NCBI GenBank assembly: GCA_044345055.1
Contig: JBIJBT010000089.1
Coordinates: forward strand, 1 to 10,079
Length of the DNA: 10,079 nt
Reading direction: 5' to 3'
Source of the DNA: Bdellovibrionota bacterium
GTDB taxonomy: Bacteria; Bdellovibrionota_C; UBA2361; OMIW01
Below, one piece after another: positions 8,744-10,079 of the stretch (position 1 is the stretch's first letter; each line of letters opens with the position of its first letter). The position numbers were made by a program, and so were the translations under genes. The notes below the pieces were generated by a model. It saw only the letters and a program-made list of their open reading frames with translations. It made no database searches and was not told the origin of the DNA.

Positions 8744-8782
8744 AATAGCTTAAAAAGGTGCCAGGCAACTTTTTAAGCTATT
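8744..8782. repeat. 39-bp near-perfect palindrome
   Basis: AATAGCTTAAAAAGGTGCC-A-GGCAACTTTTTAAGCTATT: 18 of 19 arm positions pair around centre 8763. Confidence 0.9.
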
Positions 8783-8814
8783 GATTTTTCCGAATGTTCA
8801 CCTTCTCCGTACTC

Positions 8815-8847
8815 CCTTCCTCTACGTCTCTGAGACGTAGAGGAAGG
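8815..8847. repeat. Palindromic REP-like repeat, best copy (core CTCTACGTCTC-W-GAGACGTAGAG)
   Basis: CCTTCCTCTACGTCTC-T-GAGACGTAGAGGAAGG: perfect 16-bp arms with a 1-nt centre. Confidence 0.9.
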
Positions 8848-9063
8848 AGGTGAATTCGAATCTTTGAATTACGGAGTCCCGAATGAACTCATTCTTCGGC
8901 TGCGCTACGGGAAGAGCAAGCGAGGCTACCGCCTTTCCTAAGTTCTCAGGTGAAAGAGCCATTTCCTCGCCCTCAGTGCAGAGTATTTAAACAGCGGACC
9001 GACAGTGTGCAAGCTTTATTTAGGATAGGGTATCAAGGTTTATTCCAAACTTCTATCCCCCTA

Positions 9064-9087
9064 GCTCTAAGCATTAGAGTGTAGAGG
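9064..9087. repeat. Degenerate copy of the palindromic repeat
   Basis: Reverse complement CTCTAC-ACTCTAATGCTTAGAGC matches the 9976 copy at 19/24 with one gap. Flanked by CCCCCTA/TAGGGGG. Confidence 0.5.
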
Positions 9088-9233
9088 TAGGGGGTGAGGC
9101 GGCAGATCAAATAAGTTTAGAAAAACGCTAGTGATAGTACCCAACTCTTTTCAAATCCATCCTTGGGGTGGTCCTCCAAGAGAAGTGGTTGAATAGAGCT
9201 GAACCTAGTATTCGATGGTTACTACTGCCCTAA

Positions 9234-9258
9234 CCTCAACGTCTCAAAGATGTAGGGG
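9234..9258. repeat. Degenerate copy of the palindromic repeat
   Basis: CTCAACGTCTCAAAGATGTAGGGG versus CTCTACGTCTCAGAGACGTAGAGG: 20/24. Confidence 0.7.
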
Positions 9259-9284
9259 CAGGAGGTACATAGGTACCCGTTTCT

Positions 9285-9615
9285 TCAAGAGCCCCTATTG
9301 CGCCGATTACTAACAGACTGAATTGCGGCGAAAACACACGCCGCATCTCCATCATTGACCTGTCTCTCGAAATCTTGTCCCCCTTCGATGTCGGCTAAAA
9401 GTTCGAAATTGACTTGATTCGCGAAATCACCTAGAGCTTCAATCCAGCCTTGTTCTGTTTTAGGAAAATGCCCTTCCTTCAGAAGTTGCCGAGAAATACC
9501 GACAAAAAAGTTGTTCTGATTAACGCAATTTCTTTCTAACCCGACCGGTGATAGATCGCTTAGGTTGGTTGGTTGGTTGGTTGGTTGGTTGGTTGGTTGG
9601 TTGGTTGGTTGACAT
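9285..9615 (-). pseudogene. Hypothetical-protein gene frameshifted by an internal (AACC)12 tract; probable phase-variable gene in the OFF state
   Basis: AGGAGG (9629-9624), 8 nt, ATG (9615), TC, (AACC)12. As assembled it stops after 31 aa at TAA 9522-9520. An adjacent frame is open for 92 codons (9563 to TGA 9287-9285) and joins the ATG when the unit count is 2 mod 3. Confidence 0.75.
9563..9610. repeat. Tetranucleotide simple sequence repeat (GGTT)12 / (AACC)12
   Basis: 48 nt, twelve perfect units, counted directly. Confidence 0.98.
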
Positions 9616-9623
9616 CGTTAAAT

Positions 9624-9629
9624 CCTCCT
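9624..9629 (-). promoter_or_regulatory. Shine-Dalgarno AGGAGG for the ATG at 9615
   Basis: + strand CCTCCT, with an 8-nt AT-rich spacer to the ATG. Confidence 0.75.
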
Positions 9630-9974
9630 GATCCACAATTTCTCGCTGAGGTATGCCATCCTCATCCCCAAAAGCAACCTAATTCTACAACATTTCGGGA
9701 AATTTTCCCCAGATCTCTTTATCTCAGAGCCTTAGAGGCTCCACCAAAGCTATTCTTTCAAAAAGTAGAGCGTTAATACAAATCTTCCATTTACATAGCA
9801 GAAACGCTCAATAAACGACACGGTCGCATCGACCAGCGACGTATATAAGTGATGTCGGTCGAGCCCGTTCTCTTGCGATTCCGGGCATTACACAGTTCGC
9901 AAAGCTGGTTCGTACCAGAGAGATTCTCAAGAAAAACACCACGACTACCGAGAGGACCTACCTCAGTCCTTCAC

Positions 9975-9998
9975 CCTCTACGACTCTGAGACGTAGAG
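9975..9998. repeat. Copy of the palindromic repeat
   Basis: CCTCTACGACTCTGAGACGTAGAG: 23/24 identical to 8819-8842. Confidence 0.88.
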
Positions 9999-10079
9999 CC
10001 CCCCTAAACCCCTCGCTTTACCTCCCCCACCCCCGAACCCGCCATATCCCCGCCACCACACCCACCCGCCTACTCGCCA

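Noticed and set aside
8139..8753. + strand ORFs 8139-8753, 8216-8434 and 8218-8706
   Set aside because: Antisense shadows of the GC-rich ArgRS-like gene, with Ser/Pro/Arg/Thr-rich composition and no motifs.
8642..9230. T-box riboswitch, tRNA or other ncRNA upstream of the argS-like gene
   Set aside because: No T-box consensus, cloverleaf or other RNA family was recognisable by eye. An Infernal/Rfam scan would be needed to exclude it.
9609..9639. TTGACA at the end of the GGTT tract as a + strand -35 box
   Set aside because: The best -10 (CACAAT) is 19 nt away, there is no credible downstream + gene, and the hexamer is explained by the - strand ATGTCAA.
9573..9776. + strand 67-aa ORF (MVGWLVGW...)
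   Set aside because: It starts at a TTG inside the GGTT tract with no SD. It is a by-product of the repeat; the - strand has the SD-ATG.
8815..9998. Palindromic repeats as a CRISPR array or attC cassette array
   Set aside because: Spacing is irregular (about 170-740 nt), copies are divergent, there are no cas or integrase genes in the window, and I see no attC RYYYAAC/GTTRRRY ends.

Overview
Bacterial chromosomal window; the gene content is compatible with a Deltaproteobacteria/Bdellovibrionota-like organism, but that is only inference. From left to right: (1) the 5' end of an Rpn/PD-(D/E)XK nuclease-family gene running off the left edge (- strand, not in the ORF track); (2) a 149-aa orphan with a papain-like Cys-His-Asp triad; (3) a three-gene ABC-2 exporter operon (+); (4) a convergent - strand cluster of a heavily degenerate arginyl-tRNA synthetase-like protein, a SPOR-domain protein and a membrane-anchored PP2C phosphatase; (5) a 1.4-kb apparently non-coding stretch. 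That stretch holds several copies of a palindromic REP-like repeat and a hidden gene with AGGAGG-N8-ATG followed almost immediately by an (AACC)12 tract that puts a 92-codon frame out of phase, which looks like a phase-variable locus in the OFF state. The two best leads are this repeat-switched cryptic gene and the HIGH-less ArgRS-like protein sitting upstream of SPOR, where argS is commonly found.
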